From Haliotis cracherodii (Eukaryota): 64,000 bases of DNA. The notes under the pieces are model-generated. The model did not search any database and was not told the origin of the DNA. It saw nothing but the letters and a program-made list of their open reading frames with translations. The stretch lies in contig NW_027266264.1 of assembly GCF_022045235.1 (NCBI RefSeq), forward strand, positions 64,666,001 to 64,730,000, in the 5' to 3' direction. Shown here piece by piece: positions 11,484 through 24,500 of this stretch; within the stretch, counting starts at the first letter, position 1; each line of letters begins with the position of its first letter. A program made the translations under genes and the position numbers.

Positions 11484-11752
11484 ACCAATCAAGAGAATCT
11501 TGATACCGGCCAATCAAGAGAATCTGGATACCGGCCAATCAAGAGAGAATCTGGATACCGATCAATCAAGAGAATCTGGATACCGACCAATCAAGAGAAT
11601 CTGGATACCGGCCAATCAAGAGAGAATCTGGATACCGACCAATCAAGAGAATCTGGATACCAGCCAATCAAGAGAGAATCTGGATACCGACCAATCAAGA
11701 GAGAATCTGGATACCGACCAATCAAGATTGAGTCAGGATATCGACCAATCAA
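11484..11752. repeat. 25/27-bp minisatellite in the FASTKD5-like B 3' UTR
   Basis: About 10 units of ccaatcaaga(ga)gaatctggataccg. Confidence 0.9.
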
Positions 11753-12478
11753 GAAGGGCAGTGTTACATGACAAGCTTTGTGTGAACTAGTATGCTGTCG
11801 AGAGTCAAGTATTCCAACACATACATGTGTGTAAGTCAACAAACCAAAAGGACATGTTTAGATATGGGGAAATGAGTGTTTATTGACAACTCCATCTTTC
11901 AATGCCATAAAGTTATTCTGTACAATGTTATGTACATACTGTACACATGAGGGACAGCGGGATGCGGAGTACTGCAACATGAACAGCCGGAGTGCATCTG
12001 CTCCATCATTGTTCACACACCTACTTCAACAAGTTATCCCATCCTCAGGACTAATCACATTATCAGATTTAATGAAATATGTATCAGTGCCATATTAACA
12101 TGATTAAAGCAAAGAAACATAATTTTTGTCTACATATTTTCAGCATAGCAGTACTTTCATTCCAGAAAATGTTGAACTTGGTGAACTCTTCAAAAGCAAT
12201 GCCACAAAGAGACAAAACATGACACTTTGCTTAATGTTGCAGACAGACAGATACACATGATAAACAATCTCCAGGAGTCCTGAACAGTCCAGTCATTGCT
12301 GTACACTAACATCTTACACCAAGGTTCCTCCTTGTGAGTTCCCATTAACTGTACAGTGTACAGGATGACCTGCATGCTGAAGATCACCAAGTGTCCTGTA
12401 ACATCAGAATTACTACAAACTTCATTGATACTTGTTCGATACAAGTCATCAAACATCATGATCATCTCCTGTCCTGTC

Positions 12479-12556
12479 TCAGTCATCATTCTCGCTATCA
12501 TCCTCACTCTCCAGTCCTGATAAAAGCATCATCAGCTTCTCAAATCTCGCTGCAAC
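12479..12556 (-). CDS. GON4L: GON4L last coding exon
   Basis: Encodes VAARFEKLMMLLSGLESEDDSENDD*; acceptor ttgcag. Confidence 0.87.
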   Translation of the reverse strand, partial: VAARFEKLMMLLSGLESEDDSENDD

Positions 12557-15500
12557 CTGCAACAAATGATAAGTGAATTTCAGCATGTGACCAAGGTTGA
12601 ATGTATCCTTCACTTTATTCTACACAAAGAGCTTGTTTGTTTGTTGTTTAACGCTGCACTCAGCAATATTCCAGCTATATGAGGACAGTCTGTAAATAAT
12701 CAAGTCTGGACCAGACAATCCAGTGATTGACATCATGAGCATCGATCCACAAAATTGGAATATGACGACATGCATCAACCAAGTCAGCAAGCCTGACCAC
12801 CCGATTCCGTTAATCGCCTTTTTTGACAAGCATAGTCGCCATTTAGGGCAAGAATTTTCTTGGGTTGCTGAAGACACAAAGAGTACATGTACATGATCTT
12901 GGGCCTTGAATCAATGATTGGGCTTTATGATAAAATTATATGTTCAGTGATAGTAAGGTCATATGACAGTACACAAATACATGAATTTTGTTTCCATCAA
13001 CAAAGGGAATGACTTCAATTTCTTGTCCATACCCTGATATGAAACAATAAATAAATGACATTTCAGCAGATCTTGTATGCATCCATTTTGTTTATTCAAT
13101 ACTGTACCTCGTTAGGGGTGACAACTTTGAGTTTCTCTGCAACTTGTGCAAAGGTTTCATCGCCTGGACCATTCTTCTTACACATCTCCAGGCAAACTTT
13201 GTCCATGTCCCTGAAAGAAATGATAGAAGTAACATCACATTGTTACGAAGGTGAGAGGCGGTGAAACGTGCATGCACATGCGTGTGTGTGAGACTACTTG
13301 TACTAGTCCACTACTTACACTGGTTTTATAGAGCTAGTCCACTGAGATACCATGCCACAGTTTAAAAAGGGTCATGAAGATCAAAACACTTTATACCAAC
13401 GCTGGTGATGCTGCCAAGGGATCAAACTACCGACAGGCATTCTACCCACTAGACCACAAGGGAAGTCTTCTCATAAAGAAGGAATAACAGACAATTACAC
13501 GAATATCTGATGCAGAAGAACACAGCTCGATGAAAGCCAGTGTACTTGTTTCACAAGACTTATATTGTCATGATACCTTAACTAATGGGCAGTTTGGCAA
13601 GGACGAGAGGACTAGTTCCAATTTCTATCGCTGGTGATGTCAGCCTGTACACATGGCAAATAACTTGGTCAAGGTTGGCTGGCAAAGCCTTCAGGGAATG
13701 ACACTCAATCGGCCAGATCACACATTGTCACCATTAATTTTATATATCATCTTTTATGGCAAACATACAGTACTGCGGACCTACACTGCCCCAAATCTGT
13801 CCCCGGAACTACCGTAGTCGTAAGAGACCTGGAACCTGTGGGGTTCCGGGTTACAATTGGTCCAAAGCTACCTATGCTTGAAGTAAGGGGTGAATAATTG
13901 AATCGTGTTGTCAGGCTCAGTGACTTGGTTCAAGGCACGTCATCAAACCTCAATGGGTTAAAATATCACAGAGATGCCAACCCTAACTTCGGAGTAATCA
14001 CTGGAGAAAAAAATCATTATTTCCTGTGAAAAAAAGTAATGTTAAGAGTACCATGCAGGTGCTGTTTTTTTATACGTATACAGGCCTATACGTACGTGAA
14101 GCATAGGTACACATGCATTGACGTTAGTACTGTAGCTGCACATATAAGCCGCACTATTTTATAAACGGGACAATAAAGCTAAAAAAAAAGCAGAAAAAAT
14201 GACTCCTCTTGCGTTTGTATAGTTAAATATGACCAAACCTCGAAACTGAATATCAATCCAAACATAAAAAAATATGGACATCAACATAAAGTACTCAAAG
14301 AGAAGTTCCACAACGGCATGCGACAACCTCATCAGTGACATACATTGGGCCCACATTTCAGACAAACATGTATTTTGAATAACTTTGGTAATTATATATA
14401 GATTATTAATCACTCATGAAAGCATTTAATTCAAGGTGTTGTGCATTAACCATTTGCTCTCTGTGATATATTATACATGTAAATAATTTGTCCAAAAAAT
14501 GTCAAAACTCATAATTTGGGTAGGATAAGCGTAATAGTGTAATTTTAGGCTGAAAAGCATAATCATTACGCCAAAGGAGCAATGGTTGGCATCTCTTATA
14601 TCATACTCCAGACTTGGTAACTTACGTTTGCTGAAATCAGCGTTAGAAATTGGCACTAGTCCTATAGTCCTTGCCAAACTGCCCAATGGTAAAATAACAT
14701 AAGGACTAGTAAAAAATTACCCTTTTCAAGGTTTTTGCTATATGTTATCATTATAAGGACTAGTGGACGAAAACTGTTAGTTTCTTACCCTGTGAAATAT
14801 TGCAGAGTACGGCTCTAAACAACAAACAACCAGATATCTGATTTTGTAACGTTTCAAAGTTTACTTTTTGTTACCAATTCCTACTCACTTTGTCCATTCC
14901 ACCTCAGTCTCCTCTTCCTCCTCCCACTCCATCGGTTCATCGGTGACAGGACCTGTCTGAGGTGAGGACGATACTGCACTGCCCACGGGTCCAAGCTGTG
15001 GGACATCATTGTCTCTCCCCTCAGTCAAAGCCTGGGGTTCATGTGTCCCCCAAACGCCATCGCTCTTCACAACAGCACTTGTTTCTCTGGACACTGCTGC
15101 CTGACTCGGTGGAAGGACCGATTCACCCACAGTGGGGGTATTCACCTCTGGATAACTTAGAGAAGATGCCCCAGACACTCCATGAGGCTGTAGTTTACCC
15201 TCACTATGGTCCATTCCCAGTGGAAAGGATTGTGCCCTTATGCCACTGCGTTCTGTACTGGGAGACTGTATAAGTGTCACTGGTATTCCGTCAACAGTCG
15301 TTACAACAGAGTTTCCAAATCCACCTGACTGACCTCCAATATTATTATTTTGGTGAGTACTTGAACCGCCTTGTAGATCATCTGGCTTATGGATGATGCC
15401 AGCTTTGACTAAATGTTCCTTCAACGATATAACACTCTGTTGGGTCACTTCGCTTGAAACAGGCATATTTTTCACAGGGGAATTATTTTTTGATCCAAAT

Positions 15501-18500
15501 GTTTTGAAATTGCTGGCCAAGAAGTTGTTCATGAAGTCCATGGACATTGATATTTCTGCATCACTTCTACTTATCTCTGCTGTTTTCATTGCCTTGGCAA
15601 GAATGTCTGACATACAACTCTGTGAAGCATCCCCTTGCATAGATTGGCCATCAAACATTTCCAGGATGGACATTCCGAAGCCTGTTCCAGACACACTGCC
15701 ACCGTCAGAGGCTTGGACTTGTGCTGATGTTGCCGTGCAGGACGGTGTGTTGGCTGCAGAAGCTGTCGGCGTTGGCATCTGTTTGCCACTGTTCAGTGTG
15801 ATGGCATCTGTATGAGATACGCCGACTGGCATCAGATTAGGGAAACTCACAGCTCCCTTGGACCTTCCTGCCTCAAAATTTGGTAATGAAGCTGCTTCCC
15901 TAGGAATCTTACTCTCCTTTACTGAAGGAACAGATGACCCAGACAGTGCTGAGATTGAGGAACCTATGGTTAATGTCGTTTTCACAGCTCCACTTGATCT
16001 CCCAGAAGTCTGAGTCACCCCAATAGAGATCTGTGTGACATTAGGACTAGAGGGACCCTTTGATGGAGACAGCTTTACAAATCCACCCATTTGCCCTGCT
16101 GGCTTGATAGTACTGGGTGGTGCAATCTCAATGAGTCTGTCGGACCCTGGGACCTGTGTTGAGGGGGTGGTGACAGAGGGGGGGACCAGGGTCAGAACAC
16201 TGGGACACACAGCTGTAACTGTAGCACTAGAGGTGAACACAGGACTAAAGGAGGTGAACATGACTGGACAGGATGTCACAGGAGTCGGGGAGTCGCCATT
16301 CTGATCCTGCAGTATCTGGTCCTGCATGATCACTGGGGGGTTGACGATGAGGTCATCGGGCACACTGACAACATATTCGGATGTCCGTGTGGCGGAAGTC
16401 TTTTCACGGAACTTCCTTGTTCTTGTCATGACACCTGCGTCAGAATGAGCACTTCCTGCTACCTCAGAGGCAGCATCCGACTCGCAGCTTGTCACCGGCT
16501 CCTGTTTGACCGGCTCCTGTTTGACCGGGGAGTATCCTATCTCATTGAGGGACAGAAACCTCTTCTGGCCAGCCTTCTGACGACAGATCTTCAACTGAAA
16601 GAGCAGGTTCATTTCATAAGTAATAAGATTAAATATACAATGGCATGTCTGAAAACAGCATATCAATTATTAGGAGCACAGCATCACTTTAAGCAGCAGT
16701 TGCCAGGTGTTGCAGTCAATGTTTTGTAAATTTTTTAATCATGGTTCCTTGGGTGAAAATAATATTCACACTTTTCGCTCATTGGAGAGAAAACTAGGCT
16801 ACTCTTCTGCCCAGGATCCTGTTTCACAAAGACATTGTAGTGTTACACTTTAGATTTGTTGCAACTCCCATAGTAACACTGATAAAAGTCATAGCTAGAA
16901 TCCCTAGGCCCTTGGTTTCCAAGACAGACTGAGACTGTACAATAAACCAATCTCACTTTGATCTTCTTTGCCCTGGCCGGCGAGGAGTGACTGACTGATG
17001 GGGACACAATGGTTGGCCGACTGCTGAGACAATTGTGGTTCTCCTTGTCTGCGGTCTGGTCTTCCTCCAGCTCCAGGGAGGTGCTGGTATGGGGGGAGGG
17101 GGGCATAGCCTTGTGGACCACCACTTCAGCTGGATGCAGCTTCTTGCTGCTAGGTTGGAAGTATAGCTTCCCATCAATCACCTGCAACAAATTACCTCGT
17201 CAATATACAATGTTCTGAGATCAATCTAGGAATTTTACATAAGTGCCTGTGGCCATTAAACTGCAAAAGAACATTATGTTGTCCCAAACTGAGAATCTTT
17301 AAAGGACGTTTCTCCATAAATAATGTATCAGAGCATGGTGTATTGATATAGATATAGAACTTCCTTTGAATGAGTACCCGAGGCAGGCAAGAGACTTTAT
17401 TTCTCTCATTGTTATACTACATCTGAGACAGGCAAGCTTGGGGATCGAAGAGGGCATGTAAGGAAACATCACTGCTCAAGGATCACAAAGGTGATCATTG
17501 CAGGTTGTAACACATTATCAGGGATGTGAGCAGGTTTTGCCCAAGAGAGAGGAAAACTCTAAGGGGGTCTGGGGGCATGCCCCCCCCATAAATATTTGGT
17601 TGCATTTTAAGCAATTTCGCGCCGTTTGGACATCCTTCAAACCAAGAAATATAATTAAGTCTATGGCAAAAGTCAAGTCAAATAAACAAAGATGGCAGAT
17701 GCAGTAAAATTACAAAGTTAAATCAGTACTTTTAAAAAATCTGGCACAGCTTCCATGCATCCGGCTACCCGCGGGGTCTGGATGTTCAAGCATATTGATA
17801 AAAGATTACCTTATACTTACCTTGAAAAAAACAAAACAACATTGCAATTAGACATTAATACAACATATATCCCCTGAAGGACGATGAAGAAACATACATA
17901 GTTTTCTCGCTAATCACATGAACAACTGTAAAACATCTCATTCACTTATGGGCTAAAAGACAACTTTATCTTAAAAACAAGCCATCTTCAGAGTATTAAC
18001 AATTGCTGTGAGACGCCACACCCCACGTTATAGTGCAAGTATTCGTGACAGAAAACATATGTGTCATGAATGATAGTAAAGGCATATATGATGCTGAAAG
18101 CTCTGATCGAAAACAGGACAATCCGCGACGGTTGGGCGAAAACACAATAATATTTTTCGGAGAATTTTTTCAAATCTTTGATTATATTTTTATGAGGAAG
18201 ACGATTTTTTCCGAGGACTACTGTTCTAAAAAACACGATTTTCCGCGTTTCCGCTGAGATTTCACATCCCTGCATTATATATACAATCCCTCCTCAGTCT
18301 CACCATCCTTTACAGTTGGTTGCATTTGAATGATATGTGAGTGAACTATATTTCCCATTTGGGAATTTGGGAAATTTTACTTTTAATTGCTCCAGACTTG
18401 GAGGCCTCTGAGCAGGTGTAAATAAATCATTTTACAGACCTAACAGTAGATTACGTACCTTGAGACAACAGTTGAAGCAATGTCTGATGCGTTTGTGCAG

Positions 18501-21500
18501 CTTCATGTCATTGGGATCGTCGTGACAGTCACACGGACAGCAATTGGTGCGGTACGGGTCCATCTCACTTGGCATGATGACGTCTTCGAAACTGTCCACA
18601 CTCGCATCCTCATCCAAGTCACTATCACCAAGGGTCACCATCTCAAAGCTGTCCATGTAGCTGCCAACACACATTGTTTTCCACCTCAACACAACAGGCG
18701 AAACATGACACAGAGTTAGAAGGCGCTACCTACAAGATGCTGGTCATAAACATAAGATTATGGAATTTTTCATAATTATGAAATATGTGAACAGTATAAC
18801 AGAAAATGTTCTCCAATATATTTTAATCTTATTCAACACACAGAACCTGTCTGAGGTACACTAACCTCCCCTAGTGTTCACGAGGAGATGGATACAGTAC
18901 CTGTCTGACCTACACTAAACTACCCTAGTGTTCACGAGGAGATGGATACAGTACCTGTCTGACCTACTCTAACCCCCCCTAGTGTTCACGAGGAGATGGA
19001 TACAGTACCTGTCTGACCTACTCTAACCCACCCTAGTGTTCACGGGGAGATGGATACAGTACCTGTCTGACCTACACTAGCCTTCCCTAGTTTTCACGAG
19101 GAGATGGATACAGTACCTGTCTGACCTACTCTAACCCCCCCTATTGTTCACGAGGAGATGGATAAAGTACTTGTCTGACCAACACTAACCTCCCCTAGTG
19201 TTCACGAAATGGATACAGTACCTGTCTGACCTACACTAACCTCCCCTAGTGTTCACGAGATGGATACAGTACCTGTCTGACCTACACTAACCTCCCCTAG
19301 TGTTCACGAGGAGATGGATACAGTATGTGTCTAACCTACACTAGCCTTCCCTAGTGTTCACGAGGAGATGGATACAGTACCTGTCTGACCTACACTAGCC
19401 TTCCCTACTGTTCACGAGGAGATGGATACAGTACCTGTCTGACCTATTCTAACCCCCCCCTAGTGTTCAAGAGATGGATACAGTACCTGTCTGACCTACA
19501 CTAGCCTCCCCTAGTGTTCACGAGGAGATGGATACAGTATGTGTCTAACCTTCACTAAACTCCCCTACTGTTCACAAGGAGATGAATACAGTACCTGTCT
19601 GGTGGCTTGTCCTCGGGGAAGAACACGGAGAACTCCTCCTGAAGATGAGGCATACCTCGAATGAGGGGCTTAATGAGGTCTCGCAGATCGTCGGGAGATC
19701 GCTTGGGGTTCTGGTACCACTGGGACAGAGTCTTGAGAACTCGCTGGAAGTGATGCGGCTGCTGCTCGTAGTTCACCTGCAGACAGTTACAGTATTTCGC
19801 ATCATCAATACCTTACCTTATTCCAGCTATTAAGCGAGGTCTGTAAATAATCAAATCTGGACCAGACAATCCAGTGATTAACATCATTAGCATCGATCTA
19901 TGCGATTGGGATACCAAGACATGCATGACACAAGTCAGCGAGCCTGACCGCTCAATCCTGTTAGTCGCCTCTTACGACAAGCATAAATTAGCGCTGATAA
20001 TAAGGTAATGAACCTTGGTCAGCAATGTGGTATAGCCCTTTAGCTATCTCCTCTATGCTTTTCTATTGTCACCATCTTCAAGGGAGTTACCTGACTATAA
20101 AAGTACAGTTTCCACTAGGCTGGGATTTCTGGGCTTGATAGTAGCACCACCTGTGGCTATTAGGAGTTATGTCCCTTCTATGTCCCTCCTATTGACTAAT
20201 CAGATTCCACTTCTCAGTAAAATCATAATCTGACATCTGACCCAGTTGATGTGAATAATCTATGTAGTCGGTAACAACATGGGGGAAGGTTGACGTTTCT
20301 ATAACTTCCGAAGACAACTACAGCGGAACAAATATCTCAATAAACAGTGCAGACATCAATTCACTAATCTGAACAGCTCCAGTGCATGTGTAGAGTCGAT
20401 TTGACACATTGATGCATATATATATACATAGAACATGAATTCCACGTGCACTGAATCAAACTCCACTGCAGCCCCCTGTCCAGTAACACTGTATTCCCAC
20501 AGATTAGTCTACAGTTTCATTGTCAGTAGTTTCATGTAAGCAAGCCATCCTTCTACTAAGTGAGTGAGTGAGTTGGGTTTAACGCCGCGTTTAACTATAT
20601 TGCAGTTATACCGCGGTGTGTAAGCTTAATGTGGGAGGAAAGCCCGAAGTGATGAAGGTCTCAGACATTGAACACTTCGGTGAAATCCACGAGCACGAGT
20701 ATGGTGCTGACAAACCTAGAAACATAATCGGGGTGAACAGGGATTCGAACCCACAATAATAGGTTGATGGTGTGTCCAAAGATGCAACTCTGCACAGTCA
20801 ATCAGAGGGCCTTAGATGACTGGGCCACCCGTGCCCCCCTTTCTACTAAGAAGTGAGTGGGCAACAAGCTTTGTTTCTTGTTTAACTTTTCACTCAGCAA
20901 TATTAAATCTATATGATGTCGGGCGGAAATTCATTGGGTCTGTAGTAGACTCTGTACAGACAGTCCATTGATTAACATCATGAGCAACAATGACATGAGA
21001 TCAACCAAGTCCCCAAGACGGACAACCAAACCATTGCTTGCCTCTTACAACCATAATAGGTCGCTGGGGACAAACTTTATACCAGTATACCGAAATAAGC
21101 TTTTCAAATGATACGTCTTGCAATATTTTGTCCAGAGTTCCAGTATATTGGGTAAAACATATATATGACAAGTTTCATTATTAATTGAATCTTTTAACCT
21201 GAAATCGACTTAGAAATTCATTCACATATGATGTTTCCCTTCAAAATTGATTGACAAAAGGACAGAATGCATATGTGGCTGACTTTTACAGTGTAATATT
21301 TACTTTTGTATGTATAAAAAAAGGATTCAATTAATAATGAAACTTGTCATATATATGTTTTACCCAGTGTCAATCACTATCAAATACCTTAGCTACCAGT
21401 ATATCCCAACACATGCCGTAAAACAGATACCTGTATCACTATAAATTGTAATACAATTGTCTTTTCAGCCCTACCATCCTTTCACCAGACATAAATTGTC

Positions 21501-24500
21501 ATCAAACAGTAGGACGTCCTTATGATCATGCTAATATGTTCCTATCTAGCTGTGGGTACCTCCAGCTTCCTGAGGAGTGTCCTGGCCTTGGTGACCTCCT
21601 GGTTCTGCATGAAGCAGCCACACATCAGGGCCTGTTCCGGGAGGAGGAACCCCGCGAAGTCCCCCAGCAGCTCGGGGAAGTCCTTCAGCAGCTGGCTCAG
21701 CCTCTTGTACACCTGGAGGAGAGAAAACCACCATTTTGTACAAAAGATCTATACTTTCACTTTGCATTTTAAATTGACGTACACAAGTAGAAACAGTGTT
21801 CAAAATACCTGCCTCCCTGACAGTCCGAGATATTCTGTTTCGCTGATGGATGGTCAGTTTTCGAAAGTTGCATGAGCGATGGTCGGGAGTTATAGTTACT
21901 ATAGTTGCCAATCCACCATTTTATTGTTATCTTCTTAGAACTAACATTAAACTGTTTGGTTAACGAAGGATAGGGCAACCCTGGATAAAACGACCCTCGA
22001 TGGACAGGTACATCGGATATAACAAAGGATAGGCCATCCTGGATACAACGACCCTCAACTGACAGGTACATAGGATGTAACGAAGGATAGGGCAACCCTG
22101 GATACAACGACCCTTAATGGTCAGGTACATCGGATATAACAAAGGATACAGGCAACCCTGGATAAAACGACCCTCGATGGACAGGTACATCGGATGTAAT
22201 GAAGGATAGGGCAACCCTGGATACAACAACCCTCGATGGACAGGTAAAACAGATATAACAAAGGATACGGGCAACCTTGGACACAACGACCCTCAATGGA
22301 CAGGTACATCGGATATAATTAAGGATTGACTGTGTATTTTTTTTTGGTTCATTGAGGTATGTTTCGAAAAACGGATATGCAAACTTTTGTAAGAATCCGC
22401 TACGCGCTGCCCAAGGGCTGCCCATATCTTCAATACCTCAATGAACCGAAAAAAATATACAGTCAATGCTTATAATTAAATTCGACAACGTAAAACATGT
22501 TTTATCTACAATAGTTTAACCCAAAACAGTTGCATATATCAAAACAGACAAAAATGACGACATTGATAAACATTCCAGGTGTAGGAATACATACTGTGGC
22601 GTGACATGAATCAGGTGATCATTTAATTTATGCACATAACTTGACATGCCTACAGTCAGTAGCCAATCAACGGAGAGTGGGATTAAAACAATGTTCATTG
22701 GACCTGTCAATTAAGGCAAGAGGCGAAAAGAACTGCAACAGTCAGACTGTAACGAACCGGAAGAAATATGTCCGAGAGAAGGCGGCTGTTTCAAATAACA
22801 TGGTCATTTACTGCATGATTCAAACATTACTTCCCTGATTACGGTAAAACACAGTTGGAGAAATGCTAGTTAGAAATGAAACCCGAAGACATAAAAGTTG
22901 AACCGAGGCGAGCGGGAAAAAAACAGGCGAGCGAGCCTGCACGTTTGCTGTTTCATTCATTATCGGCCTTCAGTTTCAAAGGGTAGTTTGGACAATGAAT
23001 ATGCATGAAAGTCGCTAAATGTCTTGTGTATGACGTTACACGTGAGCAAAAAGGGAATTCCCTCGACTGTACTATTGGGATTCCCCGACATTCCGCAGTA
23101 ATAAAAGTAGTGCGCCGCGGTGGGCGTGGCTTAATTTTTTACATTCATTGGGAAATGAATGCAAGAACACGTGACCAATTCAGCTAATCAGAATGCAGGA
23201 ATTTCCATGAACACACCGAAAATTTAATTATCAAAGGATACAGGCAACCCTGGACACAACCATAATGAGGAAGTACTGGGGATAGTACTGGGGATATAAT
23301 GAGGAAGTACATGGATATAATGAGGAAGTACATGGATATAATGAGGAAGTACGAGGGGAAGTACTGGGGACATAATGAGGAAGCACTAGTGATATAATGA
23401 GGAAGTACTGGGGATATAATGAGGAAGTACTGGGGATATAATGAGGAAGTACTGGGGACATAATGAGGAAGTACTAGGGATATGATGAGGAAGTACATGG
23501 ATATAATGAGGGAGTACTGGGGACATAATGAGGAAGTACTGGGGATATAATGAGGAAGTACTTGGATATAATGAGGAAGTATTAGGGATATAATGAGGAA
23601 GTATTAGGGATATAATGAGGAAGTACTAGGGATATAATGAGGAAGTACATGGATATAATGAGGAAGTACATGGATATAATGAGGAAGTACATGGATATAA
23701 TGAGGAAGTACATGGACATAATGAGGAAGTACATGGATATAATGAGGAAGTACATGGATATAATGAGGAAGTACATGGATATAATGATGAAGTACTAGGG
23801 ATATAACGAGGAAGTATATGGAGATATAACAAGGAGGCAAACCCTTGATACAATGCCCTGGGACTGGCAGATACATAAGTTATGGCAAGGGCAATCTCAA
23901 ATTCTAATCTAAACACATCCCTGTCATCGAGATATTGGAAATCTAATAGAGAAACACTAGGATGCTCAACGTTTACCATGGCTACCATGGCTACCTCCAC
24001 CCTTTGATTTATGAGATATGAGCAGTATAACTGACAAGTCAGCTGCTAAATATAATAATGTTAAGTTAATATCCAAGCTACAACACATTTGATTCAGCTT
24101 TTATTGGTTGAGACCGAAATGTTATCGCTATCCGCCACCATGGAGCACATTACAATCTAAAGAGTCCTATAAAGCCTGAAGAAGAGATAGGCAATAGGGT
24201 TGATTTATGTCATCAGAAAAAATGACTAAATGTAAAATCAATACACACAAAAGGCACCTTCTCAGGAAAAAATAATTTATGGCAGCCGCACAATTCTCGA
24301 ACTCAGTCTTGTTAAGTATCTCTTAGACAAACTAACTTCAGTTGTTTCTAAAAAACAAGTCTCCATTGCAGACACTATGCACTTAAGTTGAAAAGCACAG
24401 AGCAAGGGCCATAACTCCGCATAATTTACACCACCAATTTTCGAACTCTGTCTTGGCAAGTATCTCTAATATATTAGCATGCAAACATCATTCATGTAAT

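Noticed and set aside
11425-11842. ORFs with ENLDTDQSR / ESGYRPIKR repeats
   Set aside because: Translations of the 3' UTR minisatellite.
18845-19601. CRISPR-like appearance of regular repeats (also 30391-32082 and 42095-43028)
   Set aside because: Units are contiguous with no unique spacers, no cas genes are present, and the context is eukaryotic introns.
21769-24000. Several repetitive minus-strand ORFs
   Set aside because: Products of the 59-bp and 21-bp minisatellites, with no splice or homology support.
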